From: Podarcis bocagei
Taxonomy: Eukaryota
DNA: 64,000 nt
Direction: 5' to 3' (one strand)
NCBI GenBank assembly: GCA_964188305.1
Contig: OZ076901.1
Position 1 is the stretch's first letter. Each line of letters begins with the position of its first letter. A model generated the notes under the pieces. That model had not been told where the DNA came from. It was given only the letters and a program-made list of their open reading frames with translations, and did no database searches. Below are positions 50,872 through 63,430 of this stretch, one piece after another. The position numbers were made by a program, and so were the translations under genes.

Positions 50872-51597
50872 TGTTCAGACCCAGAAACCTCCCCCCTAAA
50901 TAAATTCACACTTGACTCAAAATTTTGGTTTTGGTTTTTGGCAGAATTTAGGCCACAACTTTTTTGATTACAGAAAGTGAGTGGTTGCATAGGCTCTGGT
51001 TTAACTAGCTCCCTGCCATGCAGGTAGCGCTGACCCAGGGTTCCAGCATAGGTCATCCAAGGGGGAACACTCGGATAAGTGGAAAGCCGGGAACGGGCTA
51101 ACTCCGCCACCCAAATGTCCCCCTGGACTCAGGCACGGGCACAACCCCCTCTCAGGGGTTGACCAAACCATCGAGTCCCTGGATTCCTTTAACAGAATAC
51201 CCTTCACATAGGGATGGCGAGAGCGTTCTCCCATCCCTATCACCTGAACCAGAGCCTATCCGCCACCTTACAAGTTGTGACGATTCGCTACGCGGCAGGT
51301 GAAACCCAAATGGCAACAGCCAATCAGCCAAGTGGGGAAAACTCCTGTCGTGCCCCTGTCCCAACAACAGATGACACACAATGCCATAGCAAGGTCAAGC
51401 ACAAAGCTCTAAAAGTAGGGAGAGGTGGGTGAGTGTTCCGAATGCACACGCCGAAAGAGGAAGCTCTGGGTCACGTGAAGGGGCATAAATAGGTTCCTCA
51501 AACCGTTTGGACTGCGTCCCATTGGCCAGATTGCATCCAGCTTCGATGGACCTACCAATCAGGTGTTGTGGCTGACCAATCGTACCCACCCACAACA
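50872..51597 (-). mobile_element. Probable solo LTR
   Basis: Minus strand starts TGTTGTGG and ends ...GAACA. It has several CCAAT/ATTGG boxes and a TATA-like TATTTATG, is CpG-rich, and has a downstream AAAAAAGTTGTGGCC resembling an LTR poly(A) region. No TSD seen. Confidence 0.5.
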
Positions 51598-52025
51598 CAG
51601 GGTGTCAGTTTTCCAGGTCTCACCGCAATATGTGCCCTCTTTAAGGGAGGACCTGATTTATCGCCAAGCTAGAGTGATGCAGGCCCCAAATGGAGAAGCA
51701 GACGTAGCAGAGAGTGAATAAGCATATGAAGTTGGGGGGGGGGACTATTGGCATTCCCACCAGTGCATTTCTGAAGCCCCAACAGATGCAGGTGCCGGGG
51801 GCAGCTTCACACACCCCCCCACTGGCCTCAATGAGCATGGTTCCTTAGTTTTGCTGGAGCACCTGTGAGAAAAGTACTAAGCCATTGCCATTGCCCTTCT
51901 CAGTGACATTAACAGAAAAATAGTACAGGTCCAAAAAAAATTGTTAAAATCTGTGCACAAGCTTATTTACTGGCTTTGTTTTCTGAACCTGCCAAACCCA
52001 TTCAGCTTGTAGCATAAGCAGTAAA

Positions 52026-52375
52026 AAAGGTAAAGGGACCCCTGACCATTAGGTCCAGTTGTGACCGACTCTGGGGTTGTGGCACTCATCTTGCTTTACT
52101 GGCCGAGGGAGCTGGCGTACAGCTTCCGCTTCATGTGGCCAGCATGACTAAGCCACTTCTGGCGAATCAGAGCAGTGCACAGAAACACCGTTTACCTTCC
52201 TGCCGGAGTGGTACCTATTATCTACTTGCACTTTGACATGCTTTTGAACTGCTAGGTTGGTAGGAGCAGGGAACCGAGCAACGGGAGCTCACCCCATCGC
52301 GGGGATTCGAACTGCCGACCTTCTGATCGGCAAGTCCTAGGCTCTGTGGTTTAACCCACAGTGCCACCTGCGTAC
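52026..52375 (-). mobile_element. Sauria SINE
   Basis: Same subfamily as 29214 and 45504. Confidence 0.92.
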
Positions 52376-52990
52376 TTGCCCCCAAAAAACTTGTCCAACA
52401 GAACCGAGGTGTTGCTTTACCCAACTCTGCACACTCAAACAACTGGGAAGCATGGCCTTTGCTGGTGCACAAATTATCCCCCTGGGAAGATGTTGCCCAC
52501 ACATCCCACCAAATGCTTCCTGAGCTTCCATCACATGTCTATCATGGTGGGAAAGGAGCCAAGGCTGGGTTGCTTAGCCAGTTGGTAATGAGACTGACAT
52601 ATGCAAGCAGAGGTTAGCCTTAATGATACACACACAAGAAGTTTAAGTTAAGGGAGAAAATCAATGTTATCCAAAAATGGGGGAATTGGGAAGATCTGGC
52701 TTCTCAGAGTCACAAAGCTGAAGGGGTCTAGTCAAATCTCCCACAATTGAAGGAAACAAGCGGGCAGAATTGCTGCTGTGCTGAGTGAGGTCCTCCTTGG
52801 GGGCTTCTCAGAAGCATCTGGTTGGCCACTGTGAGGACAGGATGATGGACTCGATGGGCTGCTGGCCTGATCCAGCAGGCTCTTCTTGTGTGCTCGTGTG
52901 TGTGTTAAACAGGAGCCAGAACACCTAGCTCGGAACCCTCCCTCTGCTTCCTAAAGGCATCCTAACTCTAGGCAGGCTCCAATACTAGAC

Positions 52991-53079
52991 CATAGCTGTC
53001 TATGGTCTTTTTTTTTAAGGGAAATTCCCTTATTCCGAATAGGATTCCTCGCAAGAAAAGGGAAAAGTCGACAGCTATG
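52991..53079. mobile_element. 89-bp hAT-type MITE
   Basis: Perfect 10-bp TIR CATAGCTGTC and TSD TACTAGAC/TACTGGAC. Confidence 0.8.
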
Positions 53080-56000
53080 TACTGGACATTAACTCAGCTA
53101 AGAAGTCACAGCCAGGCGGAAGCTTCAGCTGATGCGCTTCTCTGAACCTTTTACACCCTCACATCTGGCAAGAGACCCCAGACACCTAGCTCCTTAGACA
53201 GGTGTATGCAGTGCAGGGTCAATGCCTGTGCAACCCTAATGATGACCAGGACCCAGCTTGCAATGGTCTGGCTGGCCTCTGAAAGAACAAGGGTCTGAAG
53301 CCGCTGGTTCCATCTACTGATCTAGCAAGGCTTTGCTTGGGTTCTTATGAATGGTATGGCGGCACCCACACAAGTTATTGCAGCCTACACTGGTGGCTTC
53401 CTGTTTTTAGCCTGGTGTGTCCCCGGCTTCTTTCTTTCTTCATGGACTTTTGCTCTGCTCCCAAGTCTAACCCAATGGCATCTATGGTGCAGAGACCCTC
53501 AATTCTTTTCTGTGCGAAAGAAGAGTAGAAAATCATTCAAATATGTTGTCAGGCTAAACCAGGTTCTGTTTAGGGAAATAAATGAAGTGGGGGGGCTTGG
53601 ATTTCCCCCTAAGGGCATCCGAGTTTTAAATAAAACATCTAATTGCCATTCCATATTCATGAAGCAGGTTTCTGTCAAAATTACACCTGTCATGAGATGC
53701 GTCTGCTTTGTTTTCTTGTGGGGGAAGATTGCTGTTCTCCATTATAGGCAGTTTGTTTGTTTCAGCCTGGCTTTCAATATATTTTGGAGAGAAACATACA
53801 TATAATTTATGAAAAGCTCCATTGTTGCCATATGTTGTGCTCGTATCTTTGTACAGGAAATGAGTAGCCTTTAATCTGTATAATTACAGTAAAGAGGAAA
53901 GAATAGCTTAGTGGCGTAATTATATTTAAACTGAGGAAAATAAGATTAATTTCCTTACCTGTAAGAAATGGAGTAGTCGTGGCAAATCTGAGTCAGTGCT
54001 GTATTTATTCTGGGTTTATTTGGAACTACACAAATGACAGTTAACGGATGGGCTTGCAATTTAAAACACACACTCGTGCGACTTTCCCTTCCATGCAGTT
54101 GCAAGCAGAGTTTTGCACGGGCCTGGCAGGGCCCCCAGAGCGAGCCATCAGCTCCTCTTATAATCAACATTTACCCAAATTAGTCCACTATGGAGCTCAA
54201 GGCCGATCAATGCACTCCAAGACCAATCAATCGGAACAAGGAAAATAGAATTATACAAAATGATGGATCTGTTAAGAACTGCGGTAGGCGACACACAGCC
54301 CACAGGCAGGCAGGCAGGCAAAGCCCCAAGACACCCACGATGTCTTGTCAGGATCTGAAATATCCCCGCTGTCTCCATTACATTTGTAGTTCACATAGTC
54401 ATAGAGTTGAAAGGGATCATCAAGTCCAAGTTCCCGCAATGCAGGGATATGCACCCAGACAGGGATCCAACCCATGGCCTTGGCGCTATCAGCAGCGTGT
54501 GAGAGAAGGGACCGTGTAGGCACAATTCCCACCCGACAAACCACAGTTTATCAGACCAAGATAGGAAGATCTGAACTGGACCCATTCTACATGTTAACAA
54601 CATGCTATAGTTGAAGCATAGGGCACGCCCATTACCTGGAAATCTTGAACTGAGCAGCACTATAAAAATGGCTTAGAAACAAGTGTGCCAAACTTTAAGC
54701 CCATCTAGCTCAGTAATGGCTACTCTGACTGGCAGCAGCCTTCCAGGGTATCAGATAGGCAGAGGCCTTTGAAGTAGAATAATGATCAATTTTGAAGGCG
54801 TTCATCCTAACAGTGGTCATGGCCACACATGACCCAACCCATCAAAGAGCAGTAATACACAGTAGAACTGCAACTGAACTTCATAGTGCTTACTTCCGAA
54901 TGGAAAACACATTGAGCTTTAAACAAAACGACCTTTAACCACCAGAAATGCAAACTTTTAACGTTTTAAGTAGTAGAGCAGATAATCTTGCAAGGAACTG
55001 TTAAAACTGCTAGTGTGAACTAAGATCCCCATCAAAAAAAAGGAAAGAGTATTCAGTCACCACTTTTATTATCATTTCCAGGACTCTGGCTTCCTCTCTA
55101 TGCTAATCTATCACAAAGATGAAAGCCTCATTATCACCTCATTCACTTGCCAAAGCCAGAATAAGCCATCAATTACCCTGGAACTGTGGCTAGAACATAA
55201 TCACTTCCTGCTCTGGAAAAGAAAAGAAAAAAGACACCCCCCACCCCTCCACCCCTGGGCTTCCCCCATCACCAGCCACCAGATCCCTTTTACTGGAGAT
55301 ATTTATTATTTTATTAAATTTGTATACTGCCCTTCATCCATAGATCTCAGGGACTGAACCGGCATGCAAAAGCAGATAGTAAGCTAAGGATCCTCTACAA
55401 ATTCTGACCAACTCTTTCACAGAAACATAAGCTACTTTAAAGCCAAGTCAGACCATCAAGTCTACCTAGCAAGATAATATCTGAATACCTGAACAGAAAT
55501 CCAGGTTTCAGACAAAAAGGCTGAACGGAGATCCTCCTGCAGGGAACGGTACCAGCACTTGGAACTCATACCTACTCACAGACTTCCTACCACACAGAGG
55601 TTCCATTTGAGTCTGCAGTGTGAACCAAGTTACAAAGGAAGAGAATTCTCAGAACTGATGACTACTACTACAGTCAACTGGAGCTGGCAAAACAGGGGGC
55701 AGAGATGAGAATTGCTAGACCAGTTGCCCACACTTCCTATTTTTTAAAAATAAATGATTATTAGTTTTTCAATATTATTCCAATAATGGTCCCATTATAA
55801 CATTGGCATTTCATATCCAATTAATACATTGATACAAATTATTCAAATACCAAATTATACATTTTAATTAAAGTGCCCCCCCACATGCTAGGTTTGATGG
55901 CTTTTTTCTTTGTCAGCATTCCAAAATCTTAATAATTTCAGTTACATTCAAGTTAAAATTATAACCCTTTTTAGAGCAGCTGCAATCTTGATGATTTCTA

Positions 56001-57349
56001 TTCATGTTGTTTCATTAGGTAATTAATAAAGCTTCAAGTTCCGTGCATGATGTTATGTCTTTATTTCCTCCGATTGTTGCTGTTAGCCATTGTGACTTGG
56101 GTGGAACTGTCCGGTTGCCCACACTTCTATGCAAATTTATTTGTGCACAGCCATATTTGTCTGAAAAGTGCCAACCTAATTTAGAAAGCTCCCTTCCAGG
56201 ATCACCTTGACTCAATTTCCGCTCACTACAGATGAACAGCCCAACTACTCTCCTTTCTAATCGCATGTGCTCTTAAATTTCCTGGCTCAACGGCTTCTCT
56301 CTGAATGTAATGTGTGTATTCTAAACATCCCATATTAAGGCTCCTCTCAGGCAGATCAATTTTTAATGTGGAATTTACAAAGATTGACTCGGGGATGCAT
56401 TTAAAATTGGAGCATTAGCCGCAGGTGGCCATTTCTGAGACACAACCGAAGCCGTCTGATTATTTAGCGAGCTAGCATTTTGTAAATTTTAAATCTTAGG
56501 CAGGGCTATGGGGCTTTCTGCAGCGGGCGGGAGCCCGCTCCTAAATATGTTGACTTTTCTGTTGTTTGTGTGTTGTTTGGTTTGTTCTGGTATTAAGCCG
56601 GGATGGATGGTTAATTATTTATCTGCCATGTACAATTAGCCGGCTGGATCTCTTTTGCGGCGGTTCTGTTTTGCTTCAAACTGGCTGTCAGGCAGAGTAG
56701 CATCAGGTAAGGCGCTGGAGGTGCAGCTGGTGTGGAAAGTGGTGGGGAAAGAACCCAGATTCATTGGCAAAGTGGTTCTCAAAGAGCAAGGCAGGCCTCT
56801 CTCTGGAGGAGGTGCAAGCAGATGCTAGAAGAGGCAGGTCCAGGTCTGAGGAGGTCTCTGCAAGGTGGGCTCTCTCCTACACTGGTTGCCCTCCAGCCAC
56901 AGTGCCCCTGAACACCTGGCAGTGTGTCATTCCAAGGCATTCAGTGGTGGCTGGTCCTTAGTGGGCCTGGTGGGGCAGAAGGCAGGGCAGCATACAGTAG
57001 ATATAGGTACGTTTATCCCCCTTTTTCCTACTGGTACTCCTGTACCATTAAACAGAGCCTGGGATGCAGAAATTAAACAAGTGAAGCTATTCATGCCATG
57101 GTTAGATCAATGGTGGGGAAAGCTTCCAACTTGAAGTTCTGCGTGTATGCTTAGAACTAAGTTTCAGTGTAATGAAGATGTACTCCTCAAGATAAAGCAG
57201 CATCCATCAACTTATGTCTTGCATATCAGCCTGCTGCTTAAGCAACAGTAGAGCTCGTGAAAAGAAGTTGCCAATCTTGCTACATCTAGAAAGATGTAGG
57301 ACTGCAGCCTAATATGGCTTAGCGCCGGAAGATCTCAAGGACCACATGA

Positions 57350-57785
57350 ACTTGGGACCCAAGTACTTAAAAGAGAGCCTTCCTCAATACAAACCATCTC
57401 AGATGCTACAATTGACAGGTAAGGCCTTGTTGGTGCCTGACTTGCACTGACCCATAACAGGGCCTTTTCAGTGTTGGTTCCTCAGTTCTGGAATGCCCTC
57501 CTTAGTGAGGTGTGCAAGTCTCCATCTTTACTGTCAGGGAGAATTGGAAAACATTCCCGTTTACCTAGGCATTTGGCAGATGAATGATACTGTTCCTAGC
57601 AACCCGAAGATCACTGGATGGAAGTACTGTATGTTTCTAACTGGTTTTAGATGGTTTTAACTGTTTTTAGAATGTTTTGACTGTTTTATAATGTTTTTGC
57701 TTTGTTTTCATTTTTAAAGTGTGCTTCTGTCTGCCATCCTGGGCTCCTTAGAAAGGAAGGGCGGGATATAAATTCAATAAATAAG
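57350..57785 (+). mobile_element. Degenerate L2 3' end
   Basis: Encodes RAFSVLVPQFWNALL and ends GAAGGGCGGGATATAAAT...AATAAATAA. Confidence 0.75.
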
Positions 57786-59399
57786 CGTAACTTGCCCAGG
57801 TAACAAGAGCTTCCTACAGGGCACTTCTGTAGCTCCCTGTGCTATCAACAGAAAGGCAGGGTGCTGCCAATATGGATCCACCTAAGCCTGCAGAACAGTC
57901 AACTATAGCAAATTTTAGCAAACAGTAGAGCTGCCATGATTGGGCCAAAATGGAAGGAAAAAAATACAGTTCCATGCCACTTTTATGTAAGTTGCTTGGA
58001 ACTTTCTGCCGTCTCTCAGTAATAGTCATGTGAGACCTTGGCATTTTGGACAGCGATAAGATTAAAAGATAACACCATACCAGCAGCATAAATAGAGAGC
58101 CATTTTTCTGTTGAAAGCAATGCTATGGGATGGGATGAGAAGAACAACATCACAATGGCAGAAGAATTATAAATGCTTTTGGAATGTTTGTAAAGGGTGT
58201 CTGGAAAAGCAGGGCCCCCAGACGAGTTATGCCAGTCAATATCTTACGGGGTTCCCCTACATAAATAATGAAATTGACGTAAAGATGGGAAATTCCACCC
58301 TCCTGGCCCTGTTTGCTGGTCAATATAAGATGTGTTCAAATAATCCTTTATTCTCTTTCTGCCTGCTGTCTATTCAATTCTGCTTGGCCTGCTTTCACCC
58401 AGCTGAAGGCTACAAGATCCTGGCCCGCAGTCACAGATGGGTAGCTATGAACTTCACTCCCAAATACTGAGATGCTACAAAACTTAGGAATTCTGTGTCA
58501 CAACTAGATGGGCTGGAGGAGGCCAAATGGTCAACTAGAACAGGAAAAAACAAACAGTGTGATTCCTTTGTCTATGCAGTTCCAATGCTATTCTTAATGC
58601 CATTCTGAAACTACGTTTTCCAAAGATACTCTGTTGCTATATATTACATTGATTTAAACCACTTTGTGTTCTCCCAAATTCAAAATACCATTAGCTTCCA
58701 TGTGAAGATAATGATAATGAAGAATTATAACCAATTCCTTGTAAACGTAGAGATTTTATTGCAATCAAGTAGTGTAGATGCTTTGCTACATTAATAAGAA
58801 ATAAACCAATCTATATGTTTCAGTTACAGTCTGGAGCCTGTAGTCTTTTATCACTGATCATGGTTCACATCCACACAAACATTTAAAGCACATATCTTCC
58901 ACCAAAGAATCCCGGGAACTGCAGTCTATTGACCACAGAACTACTATTTCCAGCCTCAGACTAAAGTTTCCCTTGGGAGAAGAAATGAGCTTTAAATGTT
59001 TTGGCATGGATGTGACCATGCTTTACTCTCGGTCTCAGTTCCTAATGAGCAATTTTGAACCCTGATTAGAGGACCCATTAACGCTATTGTATTGGCTGGG
59101 AATTGGCAGGGTAAAGACTAACACTGATTGTATTTAACAGGTGTGAGATGGAATAGGGTCTTTCTTTCTGGGGCATTCTGCCCCTGCAAGTCTCTCCCCA
59201 TGGAAGCTTGCCTGGTGCCATCTCTGTTATCTCCTTGGCACCAGCTGAATAATTTTATTCATCCATGCTTTTCAAAATATTTAGTATGTTACAATCTTAC
59301 ACTGTATTAATGTTTCTTAAATAGCATTTCATTCATCCTGCTCCCAAGAAGAGAGGATACATTTCCCAAAAGCAGTATATAAATGCTTAAAATAACCTA

Positions 59400-59641
59400 C
59401 AGTGGTACCTCGGGTTAAGAACTTAATTCATTCCGGAGGTCTGTTCTTAACCTGAAACTGTTCTTAACCTGAGGCACCACTTTAGCTAATGGGGCCTCCC
59501 GCTGCCGCCGTGCGGCCGGAGCACGATTTCTGTTCTCATCCTGAAGCAACGTTCTTAACCCGAGGTATTATTTCTGGGTTAGCAGAGTCTGTAACCTGAA
59601 GCATCTGTAACCTGAAGCGTATGTAACCCGAGAGACCACTG
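59400..59641 (-). mobile_element. MITE family A
   Basis: TIRs (right one slightly mutated) and TA TSD. Confidence 0.9.
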
Positions 59642-59667
59642 TACTGTATTTCTTGCATCAACTAGAA

Positions 59668-59897
59668 CAGGGGTATGCAACCTAAAGCCCAATCGCCTTC
59701 TCCATCTGGCCCATGGACGGTCCAGGAATCAGTGTGTTTTTACATGAGTAGAATGTGTCCTTTTATTTAAAATGCATCTCTGGGTTATTTGTGGGGCATA
59801 GGAATTCGTTCTTTTCCCCGCAAAATATAGTCCGGCCCACCACATGGTCTGAGGGATGGTGGACTAGCCCACGGCGGAAAAAGGTTGCTGACCCCTG
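59668..59897 (+). mobile_element. hAT-type MITE, same family as 31281
   Basis: CAGGGGT...ACCCCTG ends and 8-bp TSD AACTAGAA. Confidence 0.9.
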
Positions 59898-59958
59898 AAC
59901 TAGAATCTCTCTCTTTGCACCATTAAAACAATAAATAAACTGGGGAACAAATAATTAG

Positions 59959-59964
59959 TTTATT
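59959..59964 (-). terminator. Putative polyadenylation signal of CCDC182
   Basis: Plus-strand TTTATT reads AATAAA on the minus strand, about 100 nt 3' of the stop codon. Confidence 0.6.
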
Positions 59965-60065
59965 ACCTCCAAAGTTCACATGAATACTCATGTGTGCTAG
60001 AAAGCATGGAGCATTAGGATGCACAGTGTCTATGTGTTATTAGGATTACTTATCCTCATTTTGTT

Positions 60066-60680
60066 TCATTCCCATCCCAGTCCTTCATAACTCCCTGTTG
60101 ACGTTTGGTCCTCTGACCCAAGTTCGAGGGCAAGACTTCTGTTTCCTCTCTCACGGATTGCAAATCGCAACTGTGCTGGGCTTCTCCAATCTTTGGTCCA
60201 TTTCTGGACCATTTCCTCCAGCCAGGTCCACTTCTTGAAAAACATGTTTTCCATTATAACACATCTTTTGCGTAGATCATTCTCCCTGGGCAGCAGGAAG
60301 GACAGGACTTTGCTCCGCGCTGTGCCTTTGTCCTCTTCTACCCTCAACCTCTGCTCCACATTGTGGATTCTGGTTTCGAGCCTGGCCACCAGTTCTGTCA
60401 AGTAACCAAGGATGCCCTCCAGCTTCACCAAGGTGCCCGTGACTTTGTCCTGGAAGTTCTTCATGTCCTCCTGAGTGTTCTTCAGGTCATGGCACAATCT
60501 CCCCAAATCCAGGGCATATTGGGTGCAAACTGCAGAGGTCATGGTGGAGAGGAGGCAGGCTGAGATGCTTTGAGTGGGGCCAGTCAAGACTGTCTTACCA
60601 GATGGAGACTCTGAAGGGTGTTCTCGGGACTGTCGCCCTGACTCCATCCCAACAAGCTCAAAGCTTCTCCAGGTTTCCAT
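60066..60680 (-). CDS. CCDC182: Coiled-coil domain-containing protein 182 (single-exon)
   Basis: Intact 204-aa ORF with an in-frame TAG immediately before the ATG and heptad-like coiled-coil segments. The motif QRLRVEEDKGTARSKVLSFLLPRENDLRKRC matches my recollection of human CCDC182 ([31 protein letters not shown]). An AATAAA lies about 100 nt downstream on the same strand. Confidence 0.88.
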   Translation of the reverse strand: METWRSFELVGMESGRQSREHPSESPSGKTVLTGPTQSISACLLSTMTSAVCTQYALDLGRLCHDLKNTQEDMKNFQDKVTGTLVKLEGILGYLTELVARLETRIHNVEQRLRVEEDKGTARSKVLSFLLPRENDLRKRCVIMENMFFKKWTWLEEMVQKWTKDWRSPAQLRFAIRERGNRSLALELGSEDQTSTGSYEGLGWE

Positions 60681-60689
60681 CTAGGTCTT

Positions 60690-60900
60690 AAAGGTAGTTC
60701 AAGGGCAGGGGAAATGAAGCTCTGCAGGTCCTGCAATCCCCATGGCTCCTCCTGAAGTCATCCTTGCTAAGCCAATTGTAGGTCATAAGTGGGCTTGAGC
60801 TATGAGATTGTGACCTCAGAGTCAAACCAGCAAATGGCAGAGTTGGTTGCATGACATATGCCAGACCGGCTGCTTAAATAAAATTGCACAGCACAACCTG
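60690..60900 (-). promoter_or_regulatory. Putative CCDC182 proximal promoter
   Basis: Repeat-free sequence directly 5' of the ATG. Contains CRE-like octamers TGAAGTCA (60753-60760) and TGACCTCA (60811-60818), a CCAAT (60772-60776) and a partial X-box-like GTTGCATGAC (60846-60855). Confidence 0.4.
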
Positions 60901-62429
60901 ACTTTGTCAAACCATACTTGCCCAATTGATCATGTGCAGCTATTTTCTAATCTTCTGATTTTGTGAGTTGTGGAGGTTTGTTTCTTACAAGTTGTTGGCC
61001 TATTGTTTTTATTTCAGTTTCTACTCCTGATCAGCAAGAATGAGAACACTGCAACAGGCTTGCTATTGTGCTGTAAAGAGGGAACTTTCTTCTCTAATTC
61101 AGGAGTAGATAACATGGTGCTCTTAAAATATTTTGGACTACGACTCCCATCAGCCCCAGACATCAATGGCTAATAGTCAGGGAGGATGAGATTTGTAGTC
61201 CAGAAATGATGCTATATTGATCATCCCTAGTCAGACAATCGCTTTTGGCAGCTGATGGCTACTAGCTACCATGTATTTATTTACAAACATTTATATATTT
61301 CCCTTCCTCAAAACTGATTCCAGGACTATTAATGTTTTTGAAAGTACTTATATATTAAACTGGAGTGGGGGAACCAAGCCAACAGAAAAAAAGAGCAGCC
61401 AATATTCCATATACTGTATATCTCACTTACTTAGGTGGGGCCTTGCAGTAAGAGTTTTTTTTTGGGGGGGGATCCTTTTGTGTATCAAGGAAAGCAGTAA
61501 CCTTGCCAGAGAAACCTTGAAAAAAGGCACCTGTATTGAGGAGCCTAGCATGCAAAATTATTTAATTGCTTTAGTCAAGTTAAAAGCCTGACAGTTTAAT
61601 CGGCTAAAATAATTTCAATAATTTGACAGCACGATCATTCTTCCCTTCTTAAAAGACATCCCGGCGGCCACGCCCAAAATGGGAAATGCCTAGAAGTTTC
61701 GCCCACCCACATATTAAGTCCTCCACACGTACCCAGCCCTGTATAACTTAGCTAAAGGTTCTCCTCAGAATATTTGTGACTACTGTGTCCTCCTTAATTT
61801 TAAAGGTCCCAGGAGAGATAAAGTCTTGTTCTCCCGATGAGCCTATTTGGCAGCCTAATTCTTCTCCCCGCCACGAATTTCACAAGGCTATAAGCCGAAA
61901 TGCTGCTTCTTTAGTTTCATCCCATTAGTCCTCCTAATACCCCTGTGGATTGGGCTAAGCAATTCTTCTGCCTTGTTGGTGGGAGAAATGATCATAATGC
62001 TGAGTTTTTGCTTCTGCCTGAAAAGGCTTTAATCCCCACAGCTCCATTCTCTGTGAGAGTCAGTCCTTGGCATTTTCAAAAAGTGAACAGTGTGATAACT
62101 CCCCGCCCCCCCATCTCACAGAGCAACATCCAAAACTTCTCCACAACTCGATGGATCTGGGTAGCTACTTTAAAGACATGTTGGCAATGGGGGATAAAGC
62201 CCCCACAAAGGCTTCTGGGAAACAGACTGTCATCCAGCTAGGAGAAAGTTAAGGCCAGGAGCCTGAATCACCGCCACTCCTCCTAGCCTTGCAGGGACTG
62301 TCAGATTTGTTACAGATATTATATAAGGTTCACTCTGGAGCCTTTCTGGATAAAGAGGAGAGTGGGTGGAGGTTTAAATAAAAAAAAACAACTAAAATAG
62401 GTTTAGAAGCCCTCTGCACATAGTGCCAC

Positions 62430-62614
62430 ATTTACATGAATCTAATGCACCATCGAATCTAATGCACACCTCAATTTTCAAAACCTTAAAACAAAAACAA
62501 AAAAAGGAAGTATTTGCTGCCTAATGCAAATGTGCCATCAAATCTAATGCACACCCTCATTTTTGTGATGTAATTTGGCCAAAAAAGGATCACATTACAT
62601 TTGGGTAAATACAG
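62430..62614. mobile_element. MITE family C
   Basis: Repeated GAATCTAATGCAC motifs and GTAAATACAG-TA end, homologous to 23009-23188. Confidence 0.75.
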
Positions 62615-63104
62615 TATTTTGAAACCAAAAGCGTGACTAAATATTTCTGAGGAAAGTTTCGTTCTTGGGCAGGGGTTGTTGTGTTTCTTTCTGTTAAAGT
62701 GTAAGGTCCTAAATATAGCATCCCGATGGCATCAGCCCTATAAAACAGAAAATGTCCCCTCCCCATGGATCAGCGTATCCATTAGGCTGAGCAAATATTT
62801 TCCTGTTCTGTCCTTGTAATTCTATTTTGATTGATCCTTCTACACGCTAAGGGGAAAGTGGGAATGGGGCTCACGCCTGGCCAAAATGCCAAGAGGTAAA
62901 AAATGTACGTGTTTGCTCACTGCGCTGGGCATGGAATGCTTTTATCTCTGTAGGGGGTGGAATTTTAGACTGCAGAGACCTGGGTTCAAATCATCAGTAT
63001 TGGTTTCCCCAGTTCTTCTGAAGGTCACAAGTAGAAATCCAGTGGCCCACTGGCCACACAAGTAAAGGCTTGAAGCTCACCTATTTTTGCTGGCTATTTT
63101 AGGC

Positions 63105-63430
63105 TACATCCATACCATACTTGTAAATGCACTATTGTTCCACTTTAAACTGTCATGGCTTCCCCCAAAGAATCCTGGGAACTGTAGTTAGTTAAGGGCA
63201 CTGCAAGTTGTGAAGAAACCCCCGTTCTCCTCCCAGAGCTACAATCCTGAGATTTAACAACCAACCCCTCTTCCCAGGAAACTCTGGGAATTGCAGCTCT
63301 GTGAGGGGAATAGGGGGTCTCTCTTAGCATCTCTCAGCACCCTTAACAAACTACAGCTCCCAGAACTCTTTGGGACCACCTACGACTATTTAAGTGGTAC
63401 AAGAGGACTTTAAATCTACAGAGCAGAAAT
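63105..63430. mobile_element. MITE, same family as 38620-38890
   Basis: Shared CCACTTTAAAC(A/T)GTCATGGCTTCCC..AAAGAATCCTGGGAACT. Confidence 0.7.

Noticed and set aside
1-59900. MSI2 or MRPS23 coding exons expected from synteny
   Set aside because: I could not find RRM or MSI2 C-terminal peptides or MRPS23 peptides. Very short exons could have been missed.
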